NCBI GenBank assembly: GCA_013265495.1
Contig: MU058384.1
Span: 1,365,690 to 1,429,689, forward strand
Source of the DNA: Vicugna vicugna
Lineage: Eukaryota
Reading direction: 5' to 3'
DNA: 64,000 nucleotides
The position numbers were made by a program, and so were the translations under genes. The notes beneath the pieces are model-generated. The model did not search any database. It was not told the DNA's origin and saw only the letters and a list, made by a program, of their open reading frames with translations. This document shows positions 11,774 through 23,130 of this stretch, in pieces; positions within the stretch are counted from its first letter, which is position 1, and each line of letters begins with the position of its first letter.

Positions 11774-14700
11774 AACCTAGAGGTCCCATGGGGCATCCAA
11801 CCAAGGTCACTCATCGCTCTCTCTCTGTACAAAACCTGGAGAAAACAGTCTCCTAAGGCTCCTTGATTCTCTAAGCTGGATCTTCAGGTTCCACGGTGTG
11901 GTCGTCATCACACCTGCCTGACATACAGAAACTCCTGGGATTCCTGGAGGAACCATAAGATTACTTGTTTCCATTTAAAAGAAATACAGGGAGCTCTTCA
12001 CCTAAGTTGGGACACGGGGTAGAGGGGGAAATCTCTGACCCCAAGAATGAGGCATGACTTAAGTTGGGTCTAAGCTCCAATTTCCTTTCATCAACTCATA
12101 AAGATTAAGTTTATTTTCTCAATGAGGAATAAAAGGTTTTCGGTCTTTTGATTATGAAGTAGAAAACAGCCTTTTCATCTAACACTTTGGTTTATATCTC
12201 AACCAGCCCTTCTGTTATGAGTCTACAGGAGAAAGTCTATGCAGAGAGGAGTTGCAAAGGCCTAGTAAGTCTCTTCCCAAGGACTGAAGGGTTTGGAAAA
12301 TCATGTAAGACGGGCATTTTTTGGACAAAATTTATAACATGCTTATAGTGGATGTAGTTTATTGCCACAAATTATACATTAATAAAATTGATTTAAAATA
12401 AATATTTAAGGACTTTCCTGAGACTGGTCTTTGTGTCCCTAGAAATGCTTTAGCTTTGTCTGCCCTGAGTTCCCAGCTGTTGACAACTCATCTTTGGCAA
12501 GGTCTACAGACATGGAGTGGGAACTACCACCTCTTCTTGACTTTCACAGATTATGAGGGTCCCTTTTCACATATTAACTCATGTGCATATCTCTCCAACC
12601 TAATTCCACCCAGAGTAATCTGATAATTCAGTGGCCTTTGGGAAAATTTTGGCATGAACAAGAATGTTTATTTAGAGAGACATTAAAACAAATAGAGATT
12701 ACAGAGATTCTCTGGTTGACTTGTCTGTCTCAAAGAGAGATCTCGTTGTTTAAAATAGGAAACTTTTCCTCTGTCATGACTTCAAAGTTTGATGTACAAT
12801 TAAAAAGCACACAGCTTGATGGAATTGCAAAACATCTGAGGTACTGTTTAAATCAACTATAATTTTCTCTCTCTCTCTGTTATGTGTGTATACGTGTGTG
12901 TTTGTGAAAACAGGTTTTCTTGTAAGCCTTTGACTCTTCTTGCTGAGGACAAAATAATCAGCCTTTTGCAGTGATAATTTAATATCTGTCTGAAATATGC
13001 AGCCTCTCACTTTTCTCCCCTTTCCTTTCCAACTCCATTCTCTGTTTCTTGAGTAATTTTAGAGACTCATTTTTAAAAAAAGTTTTATTTTTCTGTACAC
13101 ATTCTAGGAATATCTAGCCCAGATAAACAGAAGAATTTCCAAAAACAAAAACAAATTGCTCTTCACGTTGTGTTTTTCAACTTGCCAAAACTGTAAATAA
13201 GAAGAAAAAGTCTGGCTGCGGGTTTGGATAATGGTCTTGTTAGATAAAAAGATAAGCCAGGCATTTAGAGTTTTCAACATGAATTCACAATCTTAATTAA
13301 TTTTTCTGTTGTATAAATACAGGGGTTAATTTGTATTTTTAAATACAGGCAATATAAATAGACGATTACTTAGATAAATTAGAACAGTTAATTTTAGCTT
13401 AAAATAATTTTAGTCTTCTCCATAATATCACAACCAGAAAATGTAATATGAGCACAATATTTTAATTCATACATGGTTTGTGCTTAATTTCTCATGTTTT
13501 AAACTTTTCAAAAATCTTACTTTAGTTCCATGAGTCCATTAAATTATTAGTTTTACAAATAGTTTAGATTACAAAAAACCCAAAATATGTTTAACTAAAT
13601 GAAACTGAATAATAGATATCTTTTAAAAAATTATCTATTCTTATAATGCTATAAATCACAAGGATTTAATGTGTTAACTTAATTCATAATTTCCAGGTTT
13701 GTAGTCAACTTTAAGACCTTAGCTTAATGCTAAATTTTAATTAATAAATTATTTTTTCATAGACAAGTTTTAAATAAGAATCATTAAATAATTGTTTTAA
13801 ATAAACCCCTTTTTCTTAGTTTTATATATGGAATTAGTATATATTAAAAGTATATACAAATCCCTTAAATGCAATTATTCATACGTTTATTTTGTCAACC
13901 TGAAATATGTTAGAGCTGTATAAACTGTGCTCATGGGGAAGAAAATAGCTAGATAATTATTGATATACTACCTTCTAGTTTCTTTCTGTTGGTCACAAAA
14001 ACAAAAGTTGGCTCTTTTAGTAAAAGGTTGTAATGAATATAAACAATTACAGAGAAACAGGAATGTCTCTATAAGAAAATGAATTTTGCCTTTTCTCTAA
14101 GCGACTTGTTCTAGTTTATTGACATGGTATTGTTAAAATGATATATACATACTGATTATGTAAGATGATTAATTATATTTGAAAGATAAGATTAAAAGCT
14201 TTAAATTCATCATCTCCTTGTATAGATGTATATATATCAACATACACATAAAAAGATACACTAAGATTAATTCAAATACTTATAAATAATAAAATAAGAT
14301 AAATTCAACAGTATACTGCAAATGCAAAATCTTCATGACAAGAAAATTTTGCTTATCTGGCAAGATCATATCAGGTACTGTTAATAACAAACGTAACAGT
14401 AAAACGCTAGGGTGTTGGCCCTTAGATTTACCTGGGAAATACAAACATCTCTGAACCATGTTCCATCCAGAAAAATTCTTAGGAATGGTCCAAAGCAAGC
14501 AGATGACATTTGGGAAGAGAAAGCTTCCACTCAAAACTTTTGTATAAAAATTGTAACCAGCTTCTATGCAAGACCCACAAGCAAGAGCCGTAACTGCCAC
14601 ACTTCAATCTGCATGCTTTGGTTTTCATTTTCACAGTGATTTTTCTTTCTTCTTAGCTGTTAGGAGATCCTGGATTTTCAGCAGACATTTGCTATCTCTT

Positions 14701-15655
14701 AACTGTGATATTTATAGCAGTCCTATCCTTAATATTGCCATCAGTATTCTTAGTCACTCATTAGTATAAATTCAATGCCTGGCTGTAATTTACTTATGAC
14801 TTGGTGAAAAACACACAATCAGACTGACTGTAGGGTTTGTGCTCATTTTCCTGCATGTCACCCAGTTTCCTTTAATAAGAGTCACTTGTATATTAATCTG
14901 TTGGTTTCCTTAGTGATTGGACTAACCATTAAACAACTTTTTATATTAGAATATATATATATGTACACCAAAAAGATAGATATCTAAAATTCTCTATTAT
15001 GTCAAACCTAAAAAGGCAAGTTTCACAGAAACCACCTCATTTAGAACTTTTAAAGGAACTAGACTCTGTGAAAAGCTAGGGGAAAGAAACCATATTTGGA
15101 AGATACCTTACTTTATAGACCCCACCAAAAAGACATATCACTTAAGCTGTGCTCTAAACTCTCTATCTTCAGATCTACTTGATGAACTCTATACTATAAA
15201 TTTATCATCTGGCATAGGACCATGCTTCGTAAGTGGCACCAAACTATTATAATGCTATCTGAAAACCACTATTTTGACTAAATACATATCATTGTGTGGT
15301 CTCCTGGCATTCATTTTGCAGCACAGAAATTTCTTGCCTATTACCTACGAATTGGACATGCATCTGTTATCCTGGTAAACTGACACCTCCCTTCAGTATA
15401 GCCTTGATATCCAAGGGTCTTTTGGCTTGTCAATTTTTCATTTCCAGAAGAGAGGTCTGGATATAGTTCAAAGACAAAAGTTGAGCCTTCAATTACGTTA
15501 AAAAAAAACTTCAGTCATTAAAAGGAAATTTGGACTATTTTCTTCTGTCTCAAATCCTCTTTCTTTCATGTTTTTCAAAGAACCCAAAAAGTGAGGGAAA
15601 TCATGTGTGTTATGGTTCAGAGAACAGCAGGTGGACTGGACCACTTCACTGACAC

Positions 15656-16161
15656 CGTGTTAGTTTCCTACTACTTGTGTGACAAATACCACCAACTTAG
15701 TGGTTTACAACAACACTAATGTATCATCTTCTGGAGGTCAGAAGGCCAAAATGCATTACGTGGGGTAAAATCAAGGTGTTAGCATGGCTGCAATCCTTCC
15801 GAAGTCTCTAGAAGAAAACCCATCTTCCGGCCTTTTCCAGCTCCAGAGGCTTCCTGTATTCATTGGCTCAGGGCCTCCTATTTTAAAAGTCAACAATCTC
15901 ATCACTCCAACCTCTGCTTCTATTGTCACAGCTCTTCTCTGACTATCCCGTTTCGCTTTTTCACTTATAAGGAGCCTTGTCATTATACTGGGCCCACGTG
16001 TATAATCCAAAGGAAAAACAATTCCTCACCTTAAAGTTAACTGATTAGCCACCTTAATCCTTCTGCAACCCTAGTTCTCCCTTGCCATGTAACTAGCATA
16101 TTCAGAGGTGCCAGGAATTAGGAGATGAGCATATTTGGGGGCCTTTATTCTGCCTACCATA
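15656..16161 (-). mobile_element. MLT1D-like MaLR solo LTR nested in the ERV
   Basis: 'ttagtttcct...acaaataccaccaacttagtggtttacaacaaca...ttctggaggtcagaag' through 'ttattctgcctacca'; about 505 bp. Confidence 0.88.
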
Positions 16162-16232
16162 AAGGCCAAGAGGATCACAAAAATTTCACAGTGGTGGTTC
16201 AAGACAGAACCACTTGAAACACTGGGTGTCCA

Positions 16233-16533
16233 GGTGGCCTATGTGCTGACTTGAGGAAAGAGTGCTGCGTTTACATCTTTACCTATCTCTCAAGTATGTT
16301 ACTAATCAATGTTGGAAACCACAAAATCATGAAATAATGTGACCTGGTTAATATTCCTTATATGATTCTGTAGAGTCTTTGGATTAGAAATGGAAATCTC
16401 TTTTAATTTGGGAACTCTTGGCTTCTGGCCTAGAAATGTGCTTCCAATGGTGGTCATAAATAATCTTTCTCTTAGTATTTGTGTTACAGTTCTCAAATGT
16501 GTGATCTCCAAAGCCTTCGTTGCTACCATGTAG
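16233..16533 (+). pseudogene. env: Retroviral env transmembrane-subunit remnant
   Basis: Translates GGLCADLRKECCVYI (gamma-type CX6CC motif); a downstream hydrophobic stretch FWPRNVLPMVVINNLSLSICVTVLKCVISKA follows, broken by stops and frameshifts. Confidence 0.75.
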
Positions 16534-16731
16534 ACAGTGTCCTGGCAAATGATCCAACAAATAATATTGCCACATAAAGAACAAGAAAATTTGCCAAATA
16601 CAAAGGTAGGAACAAGTACCATCAGAAATTCTATACAGCAGTGGTGCTTAAGATATCGGTTAGGATCGATCATGTTCCCAGATGATAATCACCTTTCTTC
16701 CAGCTTAGACTAAAGAATGACCTCTAAGTAG

Positions 16732-17195
16732 ACAGAACTGAAATCAGCTTTTCCCCTAAGTTAAATGCTACCTGGATCACTGGTTATAAATTCTTATCTC
16801 AGATACTAAAAACAAGCAAAAGTAACTTAGCTGCTTACTTCAAAATGCATTTGCTCTTGGAAGATAAACTATAAACCAATAAAAATTGACTACTTATTAC
16901 AAATAACACCTTATTTATCAAGAAGCTCTTCAAGATCCTTGCCTCGCTGTGCTCACCAAACCAAAACTATTATGTTATGCCTACTCCCAACCAGTTCCCT
17001 GCCTTAAAAGACCTTAAGATCATTCAGCCCACTCTCTAAAGACTAGACACACTCTCCTTTGATTTTCCTCTTCTAAGACATCACTAAAATTTTGTCAAGG
17101 TAGCATTTTCCCTTTTGCTTCTGTAAGTCTAGTAGATGTAGCTTTGATGCACAGCAGGTTTCTCTGGTCATGGTTTGGGGAGTTGGGAGGTATCA
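16732..17195 (+). mobile_element. 3' LTR of the same provirus
   Basis: Ordered blocks match the 5' LTR, e.g. aagcaaaagtaacttagctgct vs aagcaaatttaacttagctact; atcaagaagctcttcaagatccttgcct vs atcaagaacagattccagaccctggctt; caaggtagcattttc vs caaggtggtattctc. Confidence 0.7.
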
Positions 17196-18859
17196 GGACC
17201 AAGTCAGAAAACGACCAACTCACGGTAATTTCCCTGCTCCCATGGGGAAGTCACCCTCTGGTCAGAGGTCAAAGGAGCAGCCATTGTTGTTACCCTTTTT
17301 TGAGAACCTCCTTTATCAGACCAGCCTTGAAGTCGATGTGAGGATCCACTGAATCCTCATGCAAATCAATACACTGTCAGTCATCCTTAACATGCTGGGG
17401 TTCCAAAAAGGTTCTAAAGATTAGATTCTTGAATGTGAAAAAAATAAAATTTAGAGGGAGTTTAAGTTTCAAATAACACTGCAGTATAATATTGTATCCT
17501 ATATATATTACAGCATATATTACATCCCGTTATGTCTGTTTAAATGTATATATTGTATTTTACATTTAAATTTCCTAATTTTGCCAGGTTCCAACACTGA
17601 GAAAATGATGCTGACTATGACAAATCTCTAATAAATCTAAAATATATATAACTAATGCATAGAGATGACTCCAACTCCCCAAGAACTCTGACTTTACTAA
17701 ATTACTTCTCAATATTTTTAGTGCCTATGAAAAAGGAAATGCTTATCTTATCTAATTATGATATTAGAGCTTTTTTAGTAGAATGGTAATATCCAAGAAA
17801 CTCATTTTATCAATTTTTACTGAGAATTTGTAGGTCTATAATTATGAATCAGCCAGATATACTGTGCACACCCAGTCATACTATTTTTCCTCACATAAGA
17901 TTGATTCTATCATAACTAGTTCTAATTATGATGATTATTACTCAAGTAATCTAAAAATCTAATTCCTCTAAAATATGAAATTTACCTAATTTATTCATGT
18001 TTGACATGTCCCAAATGAATATCTTAACCTAGCACGTAATTGGCAGGTTAAGAAAATAACACATGGTTCAAGCTCAGGGTGAACTGTTAAATGTCTCTAA
18101 CCACTTGAACCAATCCTTTTCATACAATTCACAGCCCAACATAGTAAATTAAGTCAAATCAACTCTGAGGATCTTATTTTTTTCATATGAAGTTCAAAAT
18201 TCCAGGGTTTTATTGTCTGAGTACAACATAAAACAAAAAACTTAGCTAGAAAAGCAATATTTATGAGTTGAAGCTAACAGAGCTCTAACCTCAAAGGAAT
18301 ATTTTAACAAATAAAATTCAAAGAGCTCACCAACTTGATGCTCTCCAGCACATTGCCCTATTTTTTGCCATTTTACCCATTTGGAAGCATTCACATCCAA
18401 CATCTTGACTCATATTTCAATTTGGGCTTATCCAATTGACTCTTGAGGAAGTCCTTTCCTTTAGATATACATAAAATAAATCATCTCACTTCACATTCAG
18501 ATTAATTGATTTTTTTAGCAAAGCCTATATTCAAGTTATAAAGGGATCTGAACTGAAAACTAAGCTTCCCTATAAGGTCAGGCTAAGACAATCTAATCCC
18601 AGAGTTGACTTTGATGCAAAACAGAAAGTGACGATGGAAAAGCAAATGCACAACATATTTTAAACACTAGAGGGAGTGAAAAAAGGAGTTTAAGGTATGG
18701 AGTGCTTGGGTTTGCAACAACTAAAACAGATTTTTCTAGTCAAAATTCAGCAATGAAATCTGCCAATGTGTGGCCAATCTTGTTATGTAATGTGAGCAAT
18801 GGTGTGTCTCAGATTACTTAGCATTGGATATTCAAGCATATTTAGGAACCATGTTTTAT

Positions 18860-18945
18860 TTATTGCCTTGCTGTGTGACCTTAGGCAAATCATTCACCCT
18901 CTCTGGGCATCAACTCTGTGTATTAATTGAAAATAATGGAGAAAA
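18860..18945 (+). mobile_element. MIR core fragment
   Basis: 'gctgtgtgaccttaggcaaatcattcaccctctctgggcatca'. Confidence 0.7.
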
Positions 18946-19374
18946 TAACATAGGTTTAAAGCCACTCATTCTCGATCTTAAATTAAATAACTAATATTCA
19001 TTAAGGAAGGAGAAGGTGCTGAAAATTTGATGTGACCATTAAGTTTGCAGCAGGAAAACTGCATGATAGCTTTGTCTTGTGTCTCTGCATCAACTTCATC
19101 AAAGCTTTAAATAAATATGTAATAACATTAATAAATATAAGTACATAAAATAAGAAATATTTTTCATCTCAGTGAAGATCAAAATAGATGATCTATCTTA
19201 AGATTCATGAGTTACTTTCTCAAAGCAGCTTTTTCTGACATCCCCATCACCTCCTCTTCACATTAGGAAAAAGCACAGCCTTAAGAAACTAAGAAAGTTC
19301 ACGATCACGTACGTGATTAAGCAAAGACGTGTTACGGAAGGAATTGTGTAATTAACGAAACAGTTCTGAGAGTG

Positions 19375-19590
19375 AGTGAGAACCGGATTTAAATCCCCAA
19401 ACTACCTACATTTAAATTTTAGGTACGTGCTCAGCGACCTTGCACTGCTTTGAAGACTTTTCTTAACCCCTCTTTCCTTATTTATAAAATGGAGCTCATC
19501 TCTGTCTCAGGAGTTTTGCAAGGATTAAGTATGATAATGGATTAAATCCTAAACAGTAGGTTGGTAAAGAGTAGTCATTTAATACTTGGC
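19375..19590 (+). mobile_element. MIR
   Basis: 'ggatttaaatccc...tttccttatttataaaatggag...ttttgcaaggattaagtatgataatg'. Confidence 0.6.
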
Positions 19591-19929
19591 AAATAGTATG
19601 GTTTTTGAAAAGTATGTTAGCCAGAAAATTGGCCAACCTATTCTAGAGGTTCTGAATCCTAAGATGACTTTCAAGATTCTGTTTCTACCCTACAGTCACA
19701 TGGATATGCTCATATTAATCTAAAGTGGATTCTTTCTGGACTTTCCTTGATCTTTTCAGAAAGTGCCCCCCACCCAAAACAAGGTTTTCATACAGCTATA
19801 TAATGACTGTCACCAATGACAGAGCAATTGTAAGATGCAAATGATCATAAAACACTGTAGATTATTAAATTTATTAAAGATGTGCCCCAATTAAAAAAAA
19901 ATCTGTCTAAAAATCAGTGAAATAGTCAT

Positions 19930-20312
19930 CCTTAACCATTCGTGACTCCTTATGATGGAGAATCTGATCCTACTACTTTCTAGACTTTTCTTCCACTAGC
20001 CTATTAACTTTTCCTGCCTTCATATACAACTTTCCCTCTCTTCAAGTGCTCCGCTTAATTTAATTTCACCTTCTTCTTGAAGTCTTCTCCCATCCTTCTT
20101 GCCTCAGAACACCTGTAATCCTTTATTTGTTTCTATCATGTTGTAGTCAACATTTCCTGCCTTGTGTAACATTTATGTTCCCTTTTGTTTTATCTCTTGT
20201 ACTAGAGTGCCAACTTTTGAAAGTACAGAAAGTGCTTATTCATTTTTATGTCCCTCACAGGGCTTTATACGGGATAGAAACAATATATACTGTCTGATCA
20301 AATAAATGAAAC
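19930..20312 (+). mobile_element. L2 3' end
   Basis: 'tcaccttcttcttgaagtcttctcc...actagagtgccaacttttgaaagtacag...tatgtccctcacagggc...aataaatgaa'. Confidence 0.6.
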
Positions 20313-20695
20313 TGTTACAGAATCATTTACATTTCACTGAATGATAAGTTATTTCAAGAATTCCAAAGATCATCAATTACATATAGCAAAATAATGTTAA
20401 CCTAAGTAATTCATATTTTAGTTAACAGACACAGAGCTGTTCATTCCATCAAATAAAATGAAAACTAGAAATACTCTCCACCCTACTTTTTGACCACTGA
20501 AGATGTGGCTTAGTTCAAAAGTTCTCCAACACACCCTTTTGTTTCCTGTTATTGGATACATCATCCTTTAAAGTTAAAAAAAAAAAGTGAAAAAGGCAGT
20601 ATTTAATGATTGTTATCTTTGCAATAAGGTCCTGAACTATTTTGAACAATAGGTTTTTAAAGATCCCTGCAATACCACGACATCCCTCAGAATGC

Positions 20696-21190
20696 TGTGA
20701 GAACTGTGATGAGTGAGATTTTTACTTTTTGCAAGTCAGTCTGTTAATGGGCCACAGTTTCATAGATGCTGACAAGAGAGACATGAAACCCTTGAGTCAA
20801 AAACAAAGGAAAGTTTATTACTCAAAGCAACAGCAGTAACCAGAGAATGATTCTTTTTACACTTGTTCTCTAGGCTTCAATTCCCACAGGGTGATACAAA
20901 GAGGGTCAAGTGCCATGTGGACACACAGTTGGTTGCAGGAGAGAAATCCTGAGTTTAGGGAACCAGATCTTTTATACTGGGCAGTAAGTGTAACTGCTCA
21001 TTGCTCTGGAGAGGAAATACTTTATCTCCCAAGGCTGTAAGCAAACGTGGCCTTTGCCCCAGAGAGAGACACTTTCCCTAACTGCCACTATTTGCTGTAC
21101 AAATATCCTTGAAAAAATCATCTAGAAGAAAGACAGTTTTATATAAATGATCAGAAAAGTGAGACACCTATGAATAATTGTCTCCCAACA
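20696..21190 (-). mobile_element. LTR40a-like (ERVL) solo LTR
   Basis: Minus strand runs TGTTGGGAGACAATT...CACAGTTCTCACA; 5-bp TSD aatgc (20691-20695) / aatgt (21191-21195). Confidence 0.88.
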
Positions 21191-21246
21191 AATGTCACTC
21201 ATAGGCATTCCTCAGAGTTGCAGACTGGTCTGTCATGTATAGAATA

Positions 21247-21655
21247 CAGTCAGTTCTACTATAATATAACATGGGCAGTCCCCCAAAGTGTCATCCTAGG
21301 TGACACTGTGCAATAAAAATAACAGAGCTTGTTGGGGGGGTAGCTGATGTTAGGAGCACAGCACTCAGAAATTTTGTCAATGACACATTAAACATAATAT
21401 AAGAACCTAATGAAAACAATGCCATAGCTTTAAACACATTAACTAAAATATAAATGCTCCAATAAATATGACAATTTACTTTGAGAAAAAACCTGAAGTT
21501 TGCTTGTGGAAGTGAATGTTGAGAGTTTCAGTTTTGAGTTATTGTGAAGTGGTGGGAGGGGGTTATCTGAAATCAGATGGAAAGTTGTAACAACAGCTGT
21601 ACGTGGGTGTGACTCACAATACACTTGGTGGAGTGAGATAGATGGTAGATGTTTG

Positions 21656-21686
<31 letters not shown>

Positions 21687-21874
21687 CATTCTGTGTTTTC
21701 CTCATGACTCAGCTGAGCTGGGTGCCACTGTCTGCTCTCGCCAAGAGTTTCTCATGGATGAAATCAAATATAAAGACACAGAACATTTGTGTTATGCTCA
21801 AATTACTCCCCAATACATCTATCTTGGTGAGAAAATTTGCATTTTCAAGATGAGCGTTACAGCAGAACTAACTT
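21247..21874. mobile_element. TcMar-Tigger non-autonomous element (Tigger13a-like)
   Basis: Terminal inverted repeats cagtcagttctactataa / ttacagcagaactaactt, each flanked by TA. Confidence 0.8.
21659..21686. repeat. (TG)n microsatellite
   Basis: Directly visible. Confidence 0.97.
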
Positions 21875-22069
21875 TATATGACGATCTATTCACAAATAAT
21901 GCATTGTTCTTATTCATTCATTAAAGCATATTTCCTACAGACCTCTATTAGCTAACATTCTTGTTAGCTTAATTTGAATCAATCTATGTACTTGAAAGTG
22001 CGTTCTTTTTATTGGTTTGTGTTACCAAAATAAAGCATAATTGTGAAAATCTGGAACAATTTAGTGATT

Positions 22070-23130
22070 GGTGCCTCATCTTTTCCTGTTGCAATCCCGT
22101 TTCTGTCCCCAGAGTTAACTGGGTGGCAGTTCTGTGTTATCCTCCAGATGTCTGCTACACTTTTACACGTATGAATATGTAGTTTTCTTTTTATTTTGCA
22201 TCTATGAAGTTATTCAATGCCTAAGTTTCTGAGACTCATCTTTCTCATTCTGAGATTCAATATATTGCATAGGTATTTCTGCTAGGACATCATTCTTTTC
22301 CTTTTTCACTTGTTTAACCTGCTTTTATTTTCTGTTGCTTTTAAAATTTTATTTTTTATTCAAGTATGTTGATTAATGATGTTAGTTTCTGGTGCACAGC
22401 AAAATGATTCAGTTATACATATACATACACATACTTTTTTCAGATTCTTTTCCATTATATGTTATTTCAAGATATTGAATATACTTCCCTGTGCTATACA
22501 GTAGGTCCTTGTTGTTTATCTGTTTTATACATAGTGATGTGTATCTGTTAATAGGACATCATTGTTATCAACAGCTATATAATATTCCATTCCATACTGC
22601 TATGAATGTAACAGCAGTTACATCAGTTAATTGTTTCTTGAAAAACAGTCCTGAAAGAGGGGGGAAAAGGTACTGGAGCTCACATCTGAATTTTATGTAG
22701 AATGATTCTGGAAATAACATTAATGGATGAAAAGCATACAATTTTATATTTTAACAGGTATTGGCAAGTTACCTAAAAATAAAGAACTTTTGAATTACAC
22801 TATTATTCTTTTCTTCCAATCTTTGTCAACATTAGATACTATCCATCTTTAATAATTTTTGTCAATTTGATGGCAATTTATTTTCTGTCTGTGTTTAACA
22901 TAATTTATCAGTAAGAGTGAAAATTTTAGTATGTTTGTTGGCTATTGCATTTCATCTCTGAATGTTTATTCATAGACATTGCCTGCTTTTGTCATTGGAC
23001 TTTTGAAGGGTATGTTTTTATAAAATACATATTTGTGGGGGATCTGTATATACTATTGTTAACAATCTGTTGTCCCTTAAATTTGGTGCAAATAATTCCC
23101 TCTAATATGTTTTATATTTTAACTGTGGCA
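22070..23130 (-). mobile_element. Very old L1ME-like fragment, host of a younger L1 at 22295-22551
   Basis: 'ctgtccccagagttaact', 'taatttttgtcaatttgatgg', 'tatgtttgttggctattgcatttc' are typical antisense old-L1 motifs. Confidence 0.6.
22295..22551 (-). mobile_element. Artiodactyl-type L1 3' end with TSD and extended tail
   Basis: 'cagattcttttccattat...ttccctgtgctatacagtaggtccttgttgtttatc'; 12-bp TSD taggacatcatt at 22283-22294 and 22552-22563. Confidence 0.9.

Larger units (their letters stand above)
11774..16731 (+). mobile_element. Degenerate ERV internal region (PBS, AT-rich core, env TM remnant), interrupted by MLT1
   Basis: Lies between homologous LTRs; contains the env motif GGLCADLRKECCVYI at 16233-16277. 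Confidence 0.7.

Noticed and set aside
14400..14560. Possible integrase remnant in the ERV interior (HPEKFLGMVQ...)
   Set aside because: Resemblance to HPQSSGMVER needs frameshifts and is too weak to call without a profile search.
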